Shown here: piece after piece, positions 34,331 to 46,524 of the stretch | Position numbering within the stretch: position 1 is the first letter of the stretch | Layout: each line of letters opens with the position of its first letter | Assembly (NCBI RefSeq): GCF_009914755.1 | Contig: NC_060947.1 | Direction: 5' to 3' (one strand) | DNA: 64,000 nucleotides | Source: the human T2T-CHM13v2.0 reference genome, Homo sapiens | Notes under the pieces: model-generated | The model's database searches: none | Seen by the model: the letters and a program-made list of their open reading frames with translations, nothing else | What the model was told of the DNA's origin: nothing | Translations under genes and position numbers: made by a program

Positions 34331-35347
34331 CTACAAATTTTGATCTTGTGTATTTTAATTTTCATTCAGTGAAATGTTTTATTTAATTTATCTTGAGGGT
34401 TCCTTTCTAACTTATGTATTATTCACTAGTGTGTGGCTTTGTATGCAAATATTTGGAGATTTTCCTGTTATCTTACTGTTATTGATTTGTACTTTGATTT
34501 CATTTGGTTAAGGAACATATTCTATATAGTTTAAATTATTTTAATATTTGTTTAGGTTTGCTTTGGGTCCAGAATATGGTCTATCTTGGTATACATTCCC
34601 TGGGCACTTATAAAATATGTGTATTCTATTGTTGGGTAGAGTTTTATGTAAATGTTTATTTATTAGATCTACCTGTTGGCTGATGTTGTTGTTGAATTCT
34701 CTGTCTTTGTTGATTTTCTGTCTACTTGTACTGTCAATTGATGAGAGAGGGGTAAAGTCCCCAACTATAATTCTGATTTGTCTATTTCTCCTTTCAGTTC
34801 TATTAATTTTTGCATCACATATTTTTACAGCTCGGTTGATGTGATATACCTATTTAAGATTATCATCTTTGTGGATTGACTTTTTATCATCATATAATTT
34901 TATGTGTCTTTAAATTTTCTTTGCTCTTGTCTACTTTATCTGATATTAATATGGTTACTCTTGCTTCCTTTTTATAAATATGCTCTTAATATATATTTTA
35001 TGTTATTTAGTTTTCATGATGCTTTTAATGTTATATTTCATATGAGTTTCTTACAGATAGAATAGTTCGGTCACGCCTGTTTATTCCACCCTCTCATCCT
35101 CTGTCTTTTAAATTTATGTGGTATATTTTGACCATTTACATTTAATGAAATTATTAATAGATTAGGGTTTAAATTTGCTGCTTCACTTTTGGTTTTCCCT
35201 TTGTTCTTTCTGTTTTTATTTCTCTGTTTCTTCTTTCCTGCCTTTTTGGATTACATGAACATATTTTAGAATGCTATATTGAATTATACATAGGGTGTTT
35301 GAGTGTATCTCTTTGTATAGCTTTTTTTGGTGGTATTCTAGGTTATT

Positions 35348-35411
35348 CTATCTTATATATATAAAATATATATAAATATATATAAATAATGTACAAACTA
35401 TTATATATGTA

Positions 35412-35473
<62 letters not shown>
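35348..35473. repeat. AT-rich tract ending in perfect (TA)26
   Basis: Uninterrupted TA run at 35422-35473. Confidence 0.95.
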
Positions 35474-35475
<2 letters not shown>

Positions 35476-38424
35476 CATTTACTGGTTTTATCATGTTACT
35501 AGGGTTTTTGCCCCATTTATAATTTATTTGTCTTAGGTATTTTTTGTACACACATTGAGAACCACATCAGAACTCCCAGGAGTTCCCACATCAGAACCAT
35601 ATCAAACAGTGTAATAATTTTTGTTTAAATCATCAAACATAATTTTAAAATCTGAAGAGAATTGTCTATTTTATTTACTTATATTTTTAGTGCTGTTTTT
35701 TCTTCTTTCTGATAGTCAAGCCTCCTTCTTTAGTAATTTATTTTCTTTTTAGATAACTTCTTTTAACCACTCTTTTAAAGTTGAACTGGTGAAAAATTCT
35801 CTTTGTTACCCTTTATCTTAGAATGTCTTGATTTTTCCTCTATTACTGAAGTATACTTTCACTGAGTACAGAATTCTGGGTTACATGAGTTTTTTCTTTC
35901 ATACTTGAAAAACGTTGTGCCACTTTTTTTCTGACATTCATAATTTCTAATAAGAAACCTGTGATTTAAATTGTTTTTTACCTATAGTTAAATTATAATT
36001 TCTCTTTCACTGTTTCAAGATTTTTTTCTTTGTCTTTAATAGCTGTGGCTATGAGTCTTAGTGTTTATTTCTTTGAGTTTATTCTATTTGGGGTTTTATC
36101 AATTTTTAAAATCTATAGATGTATTTTTTTTTCCAAATTCAGAAAGTTTTAGCCATTATTTTTTCAATGTCTTTTGCTCTACCTTATTTTGTCTCTTCTT
36201 TGGAACTCTGATGACATGAATGTTAGACCCCTTCTTACAATCCCACAGACCTCAGAAGCTCTGTTTACTTTTTTCAGTAAATTTCTCATTGTTGTTCAGT
36301 TGTAGTAATTTCTATCATTCTAGCTTCCAGTTAATTTAGTCTTTCCTCTTTTCCTTCCATTCTGCTATTGAATCCATTCATTGCATTTCTTATTTTGGTT
36401 GTTGCATTATTTATTGCTAGAATTTCTATATTTCTATCTGGTTCTTCTTTATAGCTTTTGTTCTGTGTTGAAATTTTCTATCTCTTACTGCTTGGAGTTC
36501 TGACCACCGACTAGGTGGAAATTCTGACACCCCCCCCCCACTAGATGTCCTCTAATAGCTCCTGGGTTGCAAGAGGTAGGAATATCTTGTTACTGCTCCT
36601 CAGATGGCCTCCACTTGTACTGCAGGGGAGCTGGTCTCAATACTGCTGGACAGTGGTGAGTGTCCTGACTCTATAGGAAGCCTTCTCTGATAACATATTT
36701 GGGAGATGGAGGGGCACTCTGTTATTGCCAGATGAGTATGGAAGTTGAAGATCCCTGCATGGTTTTCATTCACACCTAAAGAGGAGTGCTAAATACTGCC
36801 AACTGGTGATGAAAGTTTTGGTTCCCCACTCAGGTTTCTCTGATACCTCCTTGGCAGAGAGTGTTGAGTGCCTTGTTATAACTTGTAAAGGGTAAAATTC
36901 TAGGTTTCTCACTCAGCCTCTGCTAGTATAGTGACTGTAGTTTTTTCTGTGATATCTAGCTGTAGGAGAATGGTCAGTGTCTAAAAGTTTTGAATCTTTC
37001 TAGGCTGCCCCTTTCTTGGTCCTTTACCTAGAAAGGGCAGGCTTTTGTTTGGAATTCTTTTTTGTCTGCAGCTATTGGTATTTCTGGGTTACAGCTTTCT
37101 TTAGTATCAAGTGTGGGATATATGAAGCAAAAAGGAAACCAAGGAAACATGCCAGATGCTGTTCCTCAAGGCTTGCAGTTCCTACCCACTCTTCCTACTT
37201 CTTTCCAGTTTTGCAAGTCTTCTTATGTTTGTTGTACATATAATGTCATGGGTTTATAATTTTGCATAGTAAAAGAAAAGACAAGTATATCTACTCCATA
37301 TTTCTCAAGTTAGAAGTTCAAGCCTGTCTTAAAAGATAACGAGGCAGCATGATGAATGGGATAGGATTAGGAAGACTCTGGATGGGGTCCTGGACCACTC
37401 AGGCGAGGGCAGTCATTTTTATTTCAGTAGATTTGACCTCCTGGTGTTTTTATTGTCCATTTCCTTATAAAAATGCCTCTTGGAGAGAAGTGAAGGATGT
37501 GAAAAGTTAGAAGGAAGTTGCTGCTCAGACCTCACAGAACTGCTGTTAAGTATTCAAATATACTCACACTAACATACTGTACTGGGTCAGGTAAAGAAGA
37601 GGGGGGAAATTGGGTATCTAACTTGAAACTTCTCAGGTTTCTCTTTTTTGACATTTATACCAGTGTAGTTGGGATATAATTTGGAGTTTCTCTAATCAAC
37701 TGTTCAAGAACTCAATACTTGGAACAACCAAATATACAAAAATCTCATCTTTAACTTGAACTAATGCCTATGCAGGGAGGTGGGTGGCACAAATTTAGTT
37801 AGTTAAGGCAGCTTGGTTTCATGGTTTCTGGGCAGCGCAAGGCAGTATGTGCTTATAAACTGAACAACTATAATGTTAATTGTCTGATGTTAAAAAAGGA
37901 ACAGTACGCACAATAAAACAATAAGCAGTGCACAAGACATATTTCCGATGATAAAGAGAAAGCCTGTAGATAAAAATGGAAATTTGCAGGGGAAAGTGAA
38001 GCATAATGGATTTCATATTCTGTCTGAATTTACCTTTATACTCCATTATAATCTATTCTGTTATGTTTGTGATTGATATATCTATATACACACACATACA
38101 CACATATATATATATGTTTGTGTATGTGTGTGTGGGCATATGTATTTTTATATTCTATATATTGTGTAGTTTTGAGGTTGGATGATTTTGAATGGAGTAC
38201 TGAGAGGATCCATAGTCAGGAAGGCTCAAGGAGATATTGTAAGTCTGTTGCTTCCCAGGTAGCTCAGAGAAAAAATAGGCTAGGAACTGAATAACCAGAG
38301 ACATCAACACAAAATGTTTGATTCTGGATTTATTCCCTGGGCCAAATTTTTGTTTTGGAACAAAGTAAAAAATTCATTCAGCAATCACAGTAGATGTTTG
38401 TACTCAGAATTCTCAAGCCTGTAA

Positions 38425-38590
38425 AAGCACTGTTCTAGGGTCTAGGAGACCAAAGCCCTAGTCTAGTCTATTTCATTGCCTGTTCAGATAATCATGGGAG
38501 AGTTACTCCCCTATCTGGATCTCAGTTTCCCGATCTGAATAAGAAGGGATTAGACTAGACTAATCCCAGATGTGTGACATTCTCTGACTT
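38425..38590 (+). mobile_element. MIR-family SINE
   Basis: ctcagtttcccgatctgaataagaagggattagactaga core. Confidence 0.65.
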
Positions 38591-38674
38591 TATTTTTTAG
38601 GCAACCAAGAGGCTTTGAAATGTCTAAGGATGGTACTGTCCTGTCAAAATGATAACAATCCCTATCTTTTAAGG

Positions 38675-38788
38675 CAGTGGTTCTCAACATGATCTGAGTA
38701 ATTGTTGGTACCCAGGACTTTATTTTTAAAAAGTGATCTGATGATTCTGATGCAGTTTATCCACTGATCACATTTTAGAAAGTATGAC
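38675..38788. mobile_element. MER5-like hAT MITE remnant
   Basis: cagtggttctcaac...tgattctgatgcag. Confidence 0.55.
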
Positions 38789-39169
38789 TTCAAGGTCTAG
38801 ATAATGAAGGTTTTGAGTGCACATGCTGGAAGAGAATCATGTGGGCTTGAACAGTAGTCATTTCAACACACACACGTGTATGTGCATACAAAAACACACA
38901 AATTCCTTGTGTCTTTCATGTATAGTGATCCTTGCTTTTGTTTGCCATTCAGGCTTAAAATGTTTGAAAGGAAAATCATTATCACTTATCTCCAATTCAC
39001 ATGCATCAAGCCTGCTCCACTATATTCCCATTCTTGGTTAATAACATCACCATATATGAAGACACCCTAGCTAGAAATACTTAAGTTATCCTTGGCTATT
39101 TTATTTTTCTGAAGCATAGTAAATTCTGTCCTCTCATTATAGTGTTATTTACTCACATTGGCTGCCTGC

Positions 39170-39455
39170 CAACTCCCAGTCTTTCTTTAATCCTTCAAAA
39201 TATCGTCTATATCTCACCTCCTCTGAAAAGCTTTTTCTTACATAATGTTTCTTTCTCCCACCATAGATGTATTTACTCTTTCTCCAAAGTTATTTATGAA
39301 TCTTAAACGTGCCCCTATCTTTATGGTTGTCAGTTTATATTTTATTAAAATAATGTTTGTTTTTTCTATTAGACTGGGAGCTCCTTAGAGCAGTGGATTG
39401 GTCATCTCTGCCTCCCCAGGGACATGGACAGTAAGCATTCGTTAAAATGAATGTT
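39170..39455 (+). mobile_element. L2 3' region
   Basis: tcacctcctctgaaaagctttt...tagactgggagctccttagagcag...aatgaatg. Confidence 0.6.
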
Positions 39456-39574
39456 CATGTACTTTTCTAGAAGAAGAGAGTGCTTCCAAGACCTGAAGCC
39501 CAGTATACTCTGCCCCAAGGCCTGGGAGGGAGAAACCTACTCAAGCTCTCTAAAGACTTTGTTGAGTTAAAAAT

Positions 39575-39715
39575 ATTATGGCTGCTTTAAAATATCTGAA
39601 GAGCTTCTATGTAGAGGATGAATAAAATTCAGTTCTTCTCTGTGGTTACAAAAGTGAAAACAATCTGTAGAATCTACAGGGAGATAGATTTAAGCGAAAG
39701 AGCAAACTTCTTATC
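39575..39715 (+). mobile_element. L3/CR1-like remnant
   Basis: tttaaaatatctgaagagcttctatgtagag...ctacagggagatagattt. Confidence 0.45.
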
Positions 39716-40189
39716 CAGCCATCCTTAGGTTCTCCAAAATCTGGTCATGACCTATCCACCCAGCTGAATCTCTCCCTACCTATGCATGGTAACACTACTC
39801 TTGTCAAACGTCAATACTGACTTCTCCCAGGACAAGCCTTATGCTTCAGTTTTGGCCCCCTCTCCTGTCTCTGATTGTCTAAATCTTATTTCTATCCTTC
39901 AAAGACCAGATAAAATGGCACCCTCCATGAGGTTCATCATACTTCCTTCCCCTCTCCATCACTTTCTTTAGGATTTTTCCACCTCTAAAGTGCTCCTCTA
40001 AATAGTATTTAGGATTAGTGATTGCAAGGTGTGTCATTTTATAATCTCTTTATTTCAACACATATGTGTTTATATTTCAAGGTTTCTTGTAGAAGCTTTC
40101 CTTTTTAAACCCAATCTGACAATCTTTGTCTAGCCATTGTAATTGATTTGTACTTTTCTTACAATTCTTATGACTTTATTGTTGTATAT

Positions 40190-40375
40190 TAACAATAAAA
40201 ATAGCTAACATTTATTGAGTGCTATCTGTCAGCTACTATTCTAAGTGTTTTACATACATTATTTTATTTATATCCTTACAACTAGTTTATCAGGTAGATA
40301 CTATTATTATCCTCATCCTACAGATAAAGAACTTAAGGATTGAATATATCAAGTATTTTCTCAATTATATGCAGA
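40190..40375 (-). mobile_element. MIR
   Basis: atagctaacatttattgagtgct...ctattattatcctcatcctacagataaagaactta. Confidence 0.75.
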
Positions 40376-40542
40376 ACAGTTAAATAATTTTCCTAATAAA
40401 TGATACATGTGGAAGAAAAGGAGCTGCTAAGCCTAAGGCTTTTCACTTTTGCTTATCCCCTGACCTCTGTCTGGACCACACTGCCTTGGTTTGGACAAAT
40501 CTGTACTTTATTTCAACTCTACCTCAGCAATTTTTATACCTT

Positions 40543-41006
40543 TAAGGGAGGAGACCAACTCTCATTTGTCTTCTGCCTAATTTCTGCCTCAAAGGAAAGA
40601 GAAAGTAGGAGTTAAAGAAAAAGCAGAAGTGAAATTCAATAGTCAGACAGCCTGGTGCTACACCCCAGGCCTGGTAGTTAAAGATCGACCCCTGACCTAA
40701 TTGCTTATGTTATCTGTAGATTGCAGACATTGTATGAGGAAGCATTGTGTAACTCCCTGTTCGGTTCTGTTCTGTTCTGATCACCAGTGCATGCAGTCCC
40801 AGTCACATAGCCCCCACTTGCACAATGTATCAAGACTCTTTCACTTGGACCCCTTAGAGTTGTAGGCCTTTAAAAGGGACAGGAATCTTGACTTCGGGGA
40901 GCTTGGATCTTGAGACTCGAGTCTACCGATGCTCCCAGCTGATTAAAGCCTAAACCTTCCTAAAACCTGTGTCCAGGAGGTCTTGTCTAAGACCAGTCCT
41001 GCTACA
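40543..41006 (+). mobile_element. LTR2-family (HERV-E) solo LTR
   Basis: Starts taagggaggagacca, ends gtcctgctaca; 4-bp TSD cctt; TATA-like tttaaaa near 40869; ATTAAA at 40942. Confidence 0.9.
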
Positions 41007-41124
41007 CCTTCAGTCAACTCTAGGAGACCAGCGCTGGTGGGGTGGGGAGATTTGAGTCTGCCTTCCTTGTGGGTGATGGATGGAAAGAAAATGGGAGTAC
41101 ACGAACAGGTCATGATTTGGGGAA

Positions 41125-41455
41125 GGAAGCAGCATAGGGGCTTGAGAGGCAGACAGAACAGGGCTCAAGTCCTGGCTCCTTTACTTCCTGCTGTGTGACC
41201 ATGGACATCTGCTAAGCCTTCGTAATAAGCTGGAATATTAAAGTGGAAATCTGAACAAGTCCAAAGATCTCTGAAGAAAAACCTGTCATGTGTCTATAAC
41301 TGTATCAGAATTTACATCACTTTTGTCCCCATGTTTGACCTGCTGTGTAGCTTTGAGCAACACCTTCCTCTTTCTGGACCTCATTGTCCATATCAGTAAC
41401 CTGAAAAACTTCAACTGGATTTTCTCTAAAGGTCCCTTCCACTCTGATACTCTGT
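41125..41455 (+). mobile_element. Two MIR-family fragments
   Basis: ggctcctttacttcctgctgtgtgacc; ctgtgtagctttgagcaa...aaggtcccttccactctgatactctgtg. Confidence 0.55.
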
Positions 41456-41724
41456 GAAAAAACATTAAATAAATCAGGCAGATTAGTCTCCATAAAGGAG
41501 CCAGTTTGGGTGACTTACAACATGGCTGTTTCCTACTTTGGCCTAGAAAAGAGTAAATAGTGGTATTAGTCATCATTTTTATCATCATATTCCCAAAGAA
41601 ACATTTATTGTGGGCTTCAGTGTGTATCTGTTATAATCGGGAAGATTTATACGTGGGTAATGGTATACTTATAATTGGTTGCATTTATACAACTCAGGAA
41701 AAATTATAAAATACTTATGCCCAT

Positions 41725-41905
41725 TAATGACATTTCATTCTCATAACAATTTATTGAGGATGGTACTTGTCACCCCCATTTTACAGATAAGGAAACTAAG
41801 TTTGAAGTGATTACATAGTATGCCCAAAGTCACACACCTAGTAAGTGAAGTAGCAAACGCCAACACCCAGATCCATCTGCATCATAGTCTCTTTACTATA
41901 TGATA
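41725..41905 (-). mobile_element. MIR
   Basis: cccccattttacagataaggaaactaag...tgcccaaagtcacacacctagtaagtg. Confidence 0.8.
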
Positions 41906-43176
41906 GCTGCCTTTTAAAATAACTGACATAAAATAATTTTCATATTTGGCAATTTGTAAAGAGCTTTTCCATCTATTAGCTGAATTAATTGAGTAGGATA
42001 CTATCTCTACACTGAAAAAAAAATTCATATAGTCTGGTTGGGGAAGTCAGACATAAACGTACAGATGAAAAGTACCAAATTAGTGATATAAGCAATGAGA
42101 GTAGAGGAGAAAGAAAGAGCCCTGGAGGGACACAGGACTCTCATTGGAACTTGAAGAAAATTTGGATGGGATGAGAGAAAGTGGGTAGGCCTTCCAAACT
42201 AGAATAACAATGTGAGGTATAGAGGAAGAGAATGCCCCAGGCATGTTTAAGGAATGAGTAAACAGGTTTTGTTGGGGCCAGATAATTCGACAGTTAAACA
42301 TTCAATTGTTTGGGAGAGTCTAATTGGTAGCAGGCTGGAAATACCAGGCTGTTTATCTCCCATGGTAGTGTAGCATTCAAATGCCCTGCAAGGAAGGCCT
42401 ATGTGGACCATAGAAAGTCATGTGAATTTCTAAATGTCAAATGGACCCATGGAAGAAGTAAGGTTTGATGTTGGCATCCTATCTTCTCAGTCGGTGCTAT
42501 TTCCAACACAATTCAAATTCCATAGTCTTGCCTAGTTCAGGGACAGTAATATGTAATGATTCATACTAAATATCAGGATGGGTGGGGAGATTTTTTTCAC
42601 TACCAAGTCTCTTCAAAGTACCTCATCAGTAATCTTAACATTTCCATCTTTGAAGGAATTGGAAGGGTGTGGGTCAACACCACTTCCCCAGTTCTTTCTC
42701 AGAAAAATATACAATCAAGACACTAGTTTTCTTATTGCCTATCTTCAACACTCCCCAGATTTAGCAAAGAGTAGGGAATTCCTCAAGAAATGAGACATAG
42801 ACTTGGAGAAATGGGCAGAATTGATGTCAACTCTAATAAGACAACAAATTGGAACATTTTCTCCTTTTTATTCGAAGGCTACATTTTACCTTGATGGCTT
42901 TTAAAATAAATATCAATTTGAAACATGAAGAAAGCTTCCTTGTCTGTGGCTGAATCACTCTTGAAGTTCTGGGAATCACCTTTGCTCATTGTCTCCCTTG
43001 CTTTCTGTTTCAGGTACCTGGGTCTGCTCTCTCTCTTCTCATTCCTTTTCCTGTTATTCTCTCAATTCCCAGAAACTCACTTATGGATGCTGCCATTGTT
43101 AGGAATCACAATCACTAATAAATCATTAAAATTTGGGGTGCAACATTATCAGAAAGTTTATCTTAACTATAGAAGT

Positions 43177-43178
<2 letters not shown>

Positions 43179-43210
<32 letters not shown>
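43179..43210. repeat. (TG)16 microsatellite
   Basis: Direct reading. Confidence 0.95.
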
Positions 43211-43212
<2 letters not shown>

Positions 43213-44059
43213 TACCCATTGACTGAAGAATATTTCTTCTAAACCACTGATTAAAGTTTTAGAATGAGAAAATTAAAACGGCCTCAACGAACCTGTCCTT
43301 AACTTGGAAAGAAATCAAAGAACCAAGCTGTTCCTCTGACACGGATGAAAGGGCCCATCTCAAAAATATCTGAACCCACTCATAATTTCCAAATAACATG
43401 AGTTCAAGACCCAAGCCCTGGGGGATGTCTTCTGTAGAGGCAGCTGGAGAGCTACAGGGAAAATACAAAATTCTTGCCCATTTTTATCTAATCCCACGCA
43501 GATCTAATCTCATCCTTCATGAAACACATCTTTTAATCAAATTCTGTGTAGAGAGGGAGAAAAAGTACCTCAGGCATAATTTATGTTTTATTTTTAGCTC
43601 AATTAACCACCAGAGCCATTAACTGGCCTGTAGCTTCAGGGCTTATCTGGAGGAAACCTCAAAAGCTTTTGGGCCTCCTCAGTCTGACAGCCCTATCTTT
43701 AGTCAGTGCTATAGTAGTTTAGAACTTGAACTTTAAGAGTCACACCCCAGGGTCCCCATTTCCATTTTATTAAAACACAGGCATTAGCAAAGCTTAATTT
43801 CACTATGATAAGACCTGATTTATTTGAAGCTCAGAGCCACAGAAGACCTACTTAATTAAACTAGCTATTGTAAGTCAAGACTTTTTAATGCTGCATGGTA
43901 GTTTTTAAAAATAAATACTTTTTAGAAGTTACAATGATGTCTTTACTTCTCCTTTGGAATATTCCTTTGGTTATATTTTAGTAAACTTGAGGAAGTTATA
44001 TTCCTTTTTTAGGTCTTATTCTTCCTTTATATAAAGAAGGAGAAAGGTATATTAAATCA

Positions 44060-44240
44060 ACAGTTCTCAAATTTTGTGGTACATTAAAATCGCGGAAGGT
44101 GTTAGTTAAAAATACACATGTCTAGTCATCAGCCATGTTGATGCTGATATAGCCCAGCTGGGTTATAGCTCTGAAAGCTGATTTTTAAATAAACTTCCCA
44201 GACAATTCTGTTGGACAACCACCAAACTCAATGCTCTCTA
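44060..44240. mobile_element. MER5A-like MITE
   Basis: cagttctcaaattttgtggtacattaaaatc...tgttagttaaaaatacac...atttttaaataaacttcccagacaattctg. Confidence 0.65.
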
Positions 44241-44365
44241 AACAGCAGTCCACACTTAAAAAATATTAAAAAAGAAAGATGTCTCTTGAAGAACTGTTGA
44301 CATGTTACTGGGCCATTCAGTTTCCTAAGAGCCTCTGAGTCATTATTTAATGCATTGAAACTCAC

Positions 44366-44461
44366 CAGAGTGCTAAAAATCCTGGTTGATAATAAGAATA
44401 GTGCCCAAAATAGAAAGAAGATCCACAAAAAAAACAGTAACAAAATGCAGAGCTGGATTTC
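44366..44461 (-). other. Candidate 96-nt exon of an unidentified transcript
   Basis: Acceptor gatttttctcag|G and consensus donor CTG|gtgagt in non-repeat sequence; translation not recognised. Confidence 0.3.
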
Positions 44462-44588
44462 CTGAGAAAAATCGGGATAGGTACTTTCCTCGGAAAAAGG
44501 GCTTTTCTCCCATAAGACCTTCTATTTTGAATAATATTCACAATCTCACTGACTTAGAAATAGGAGAATGTTTGACATTTTTAATCTA

Positions 44589-44591
<3 letters not shown>

Positions 44592-44620
<29 letters not shown>
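44592..44620. repeat. Isolated A29 homopolymer
   Basis: Direct reading; no adjacent parent retroelement. Confidence 0.95.
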
Positions 44621-44622
<2 letters not shown>

Positions 44623-44667
44623 TGGCTGGAGGTTACCTGGTAGGACAGGCTTAGGTTCAAGTATTTC

Positions 44668-44934
44668 AACAAACACCACATATTCTCACTTCTAAATGGG
44701 ACCTAAATATTGGATACTCATGGATGTAAAGATGGCAATAATAGACACTGAGGACTACTAGAGGGTCTAGGGAGGAAGGAGAAAGTGTTGAAAACATACC
44801 TATTGGGTACTATACCCACTACCTGGGTGACAAGGTCATTTGTACCCTAAACCTCAGCATCACACAATATACTCATGTAACAAACCTGCATTTGTACCCC
44901 CGACTCTGAAATAAAAGTTGAAACTATAAAAATA
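44668..44934 (+). mobile_element. L1PA16/17-like 3' end
   Basis: tattgggtactat...acctcagcatcacacaatatactcatgtaacaaacctgc; probable TSD aagtattt. Confidence 0.8.
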
Positions 44935-45064
44935 AAGTATTTTGAGTGGTCCAGTTAGAGATTCTAAGTAATAAAAGATCTTCATGAGACTCCTTAGTCC
45001 CTCTCAGTACCACACAATCAGGGGTTTTCTGATAGTACTCCACTACTCAAAAACCCCTTGAGAA

Positions 45065-45122
45065 TTTTTTATTTTTTATTTTTTTATTTTTTTATTATTA
45101 TTATACTTTAAGTTTTAGGGTA
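45065..45122 (-). mobile_element. Ultra-short L1PA 3' terminus plus tail
   Basis: T-rich tail followed by attatactttaagttttagggta only. Confidence 0.75.
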
Positions 45123-46176
45123 AATCAAGTCTGGCACATAAATTTTGTCTGTGCAAGAATAATAGACCCCAACTTTCTCCTGTAATGGTGTTCTTGTCCA
45201 GAGTGTTCTAGCCAGCACAGCTCTTCTTAATGGTAACCCTTGCTTTGTCTCAGCCTAAGGATTAGGAAGACTTAATTGCACACACCTGATAAGGGGAGGC
45301 GGGATTTACTCTATGGATAAAGTTCTTATGCCAAAAAGCTTCTCCCTGAGGTGGAAAAACATCAAACCACACATCCAACATCTCAACTTTTACATTGCTG
45401 CCTAAGGGACTGACTTCTCTCTTGCCTTTATTGGAGTGCTGATGGGACCAAACATATACTAGATACCTGGGGGATACAGAGAACAAAAACAGTGGTTTGA
45501 ACTAGTACATGAGTAGTTGTCATGGATTATACCACTGGTTCATCACAGAATGAGTGAGTGAAAAACCCAGCTTGCAGCTTCTCCCTGGGGAGAGAAAGAA
45601 TTGGACCATGTGTCAAAAGTTTCAACTTTTCCAGAAGCTGCATTAGGAGTTGGCTTCTTACTCATCTGTCTCTGTGTGCTGACAGGGTATGGCATACTTT
45701 AGAAGCCTGAGGAAACTACTAATACAGCAGTTTGAACTATCATAAAGGTTTAAGAGGCCCACAAAATCTCTGGCCAGATAGATTGGTGAAAGTCTTCTCC
45801 TATACAAGGCCAATCCATGAAGACTGAAAAATGTGGTTGTTTTACTAACATATAGACATTAATACATTCAAGGAAAATGAAGAAATAGGGAAACACAACC
45901 CTCAAAAAAGAACAAGATAAAACTCCAAAAACTGGCTCTAATAAAACAGAGATAGATGAATTACCTGACAGAGAATTCAAAGTAACAATCATAAAATATG
46001 TTCAAAGATCTCAAGAGAATAATGCATGAACAAAGTCAGAACTTCAACAAAGAAATGTGAAAAATTTTAATGAACTAAATAGACACCTTGGAGCTAAAAA
46101 TTATAATAAATGAATTAGAAGATTCAGCAGAAGTGTTCATCAAAAAACTAGATTAAGCACAATGAAAAAATCACCA

Positions 46177-46524
<348 letters not shown>

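Noticed and set aside
42925-43622. ORFs of 69-105 aa in the unique island as small genes
   Set aside because: No recognisable homology; one runs through a (TG)n repeat; lengths are expected by chance.
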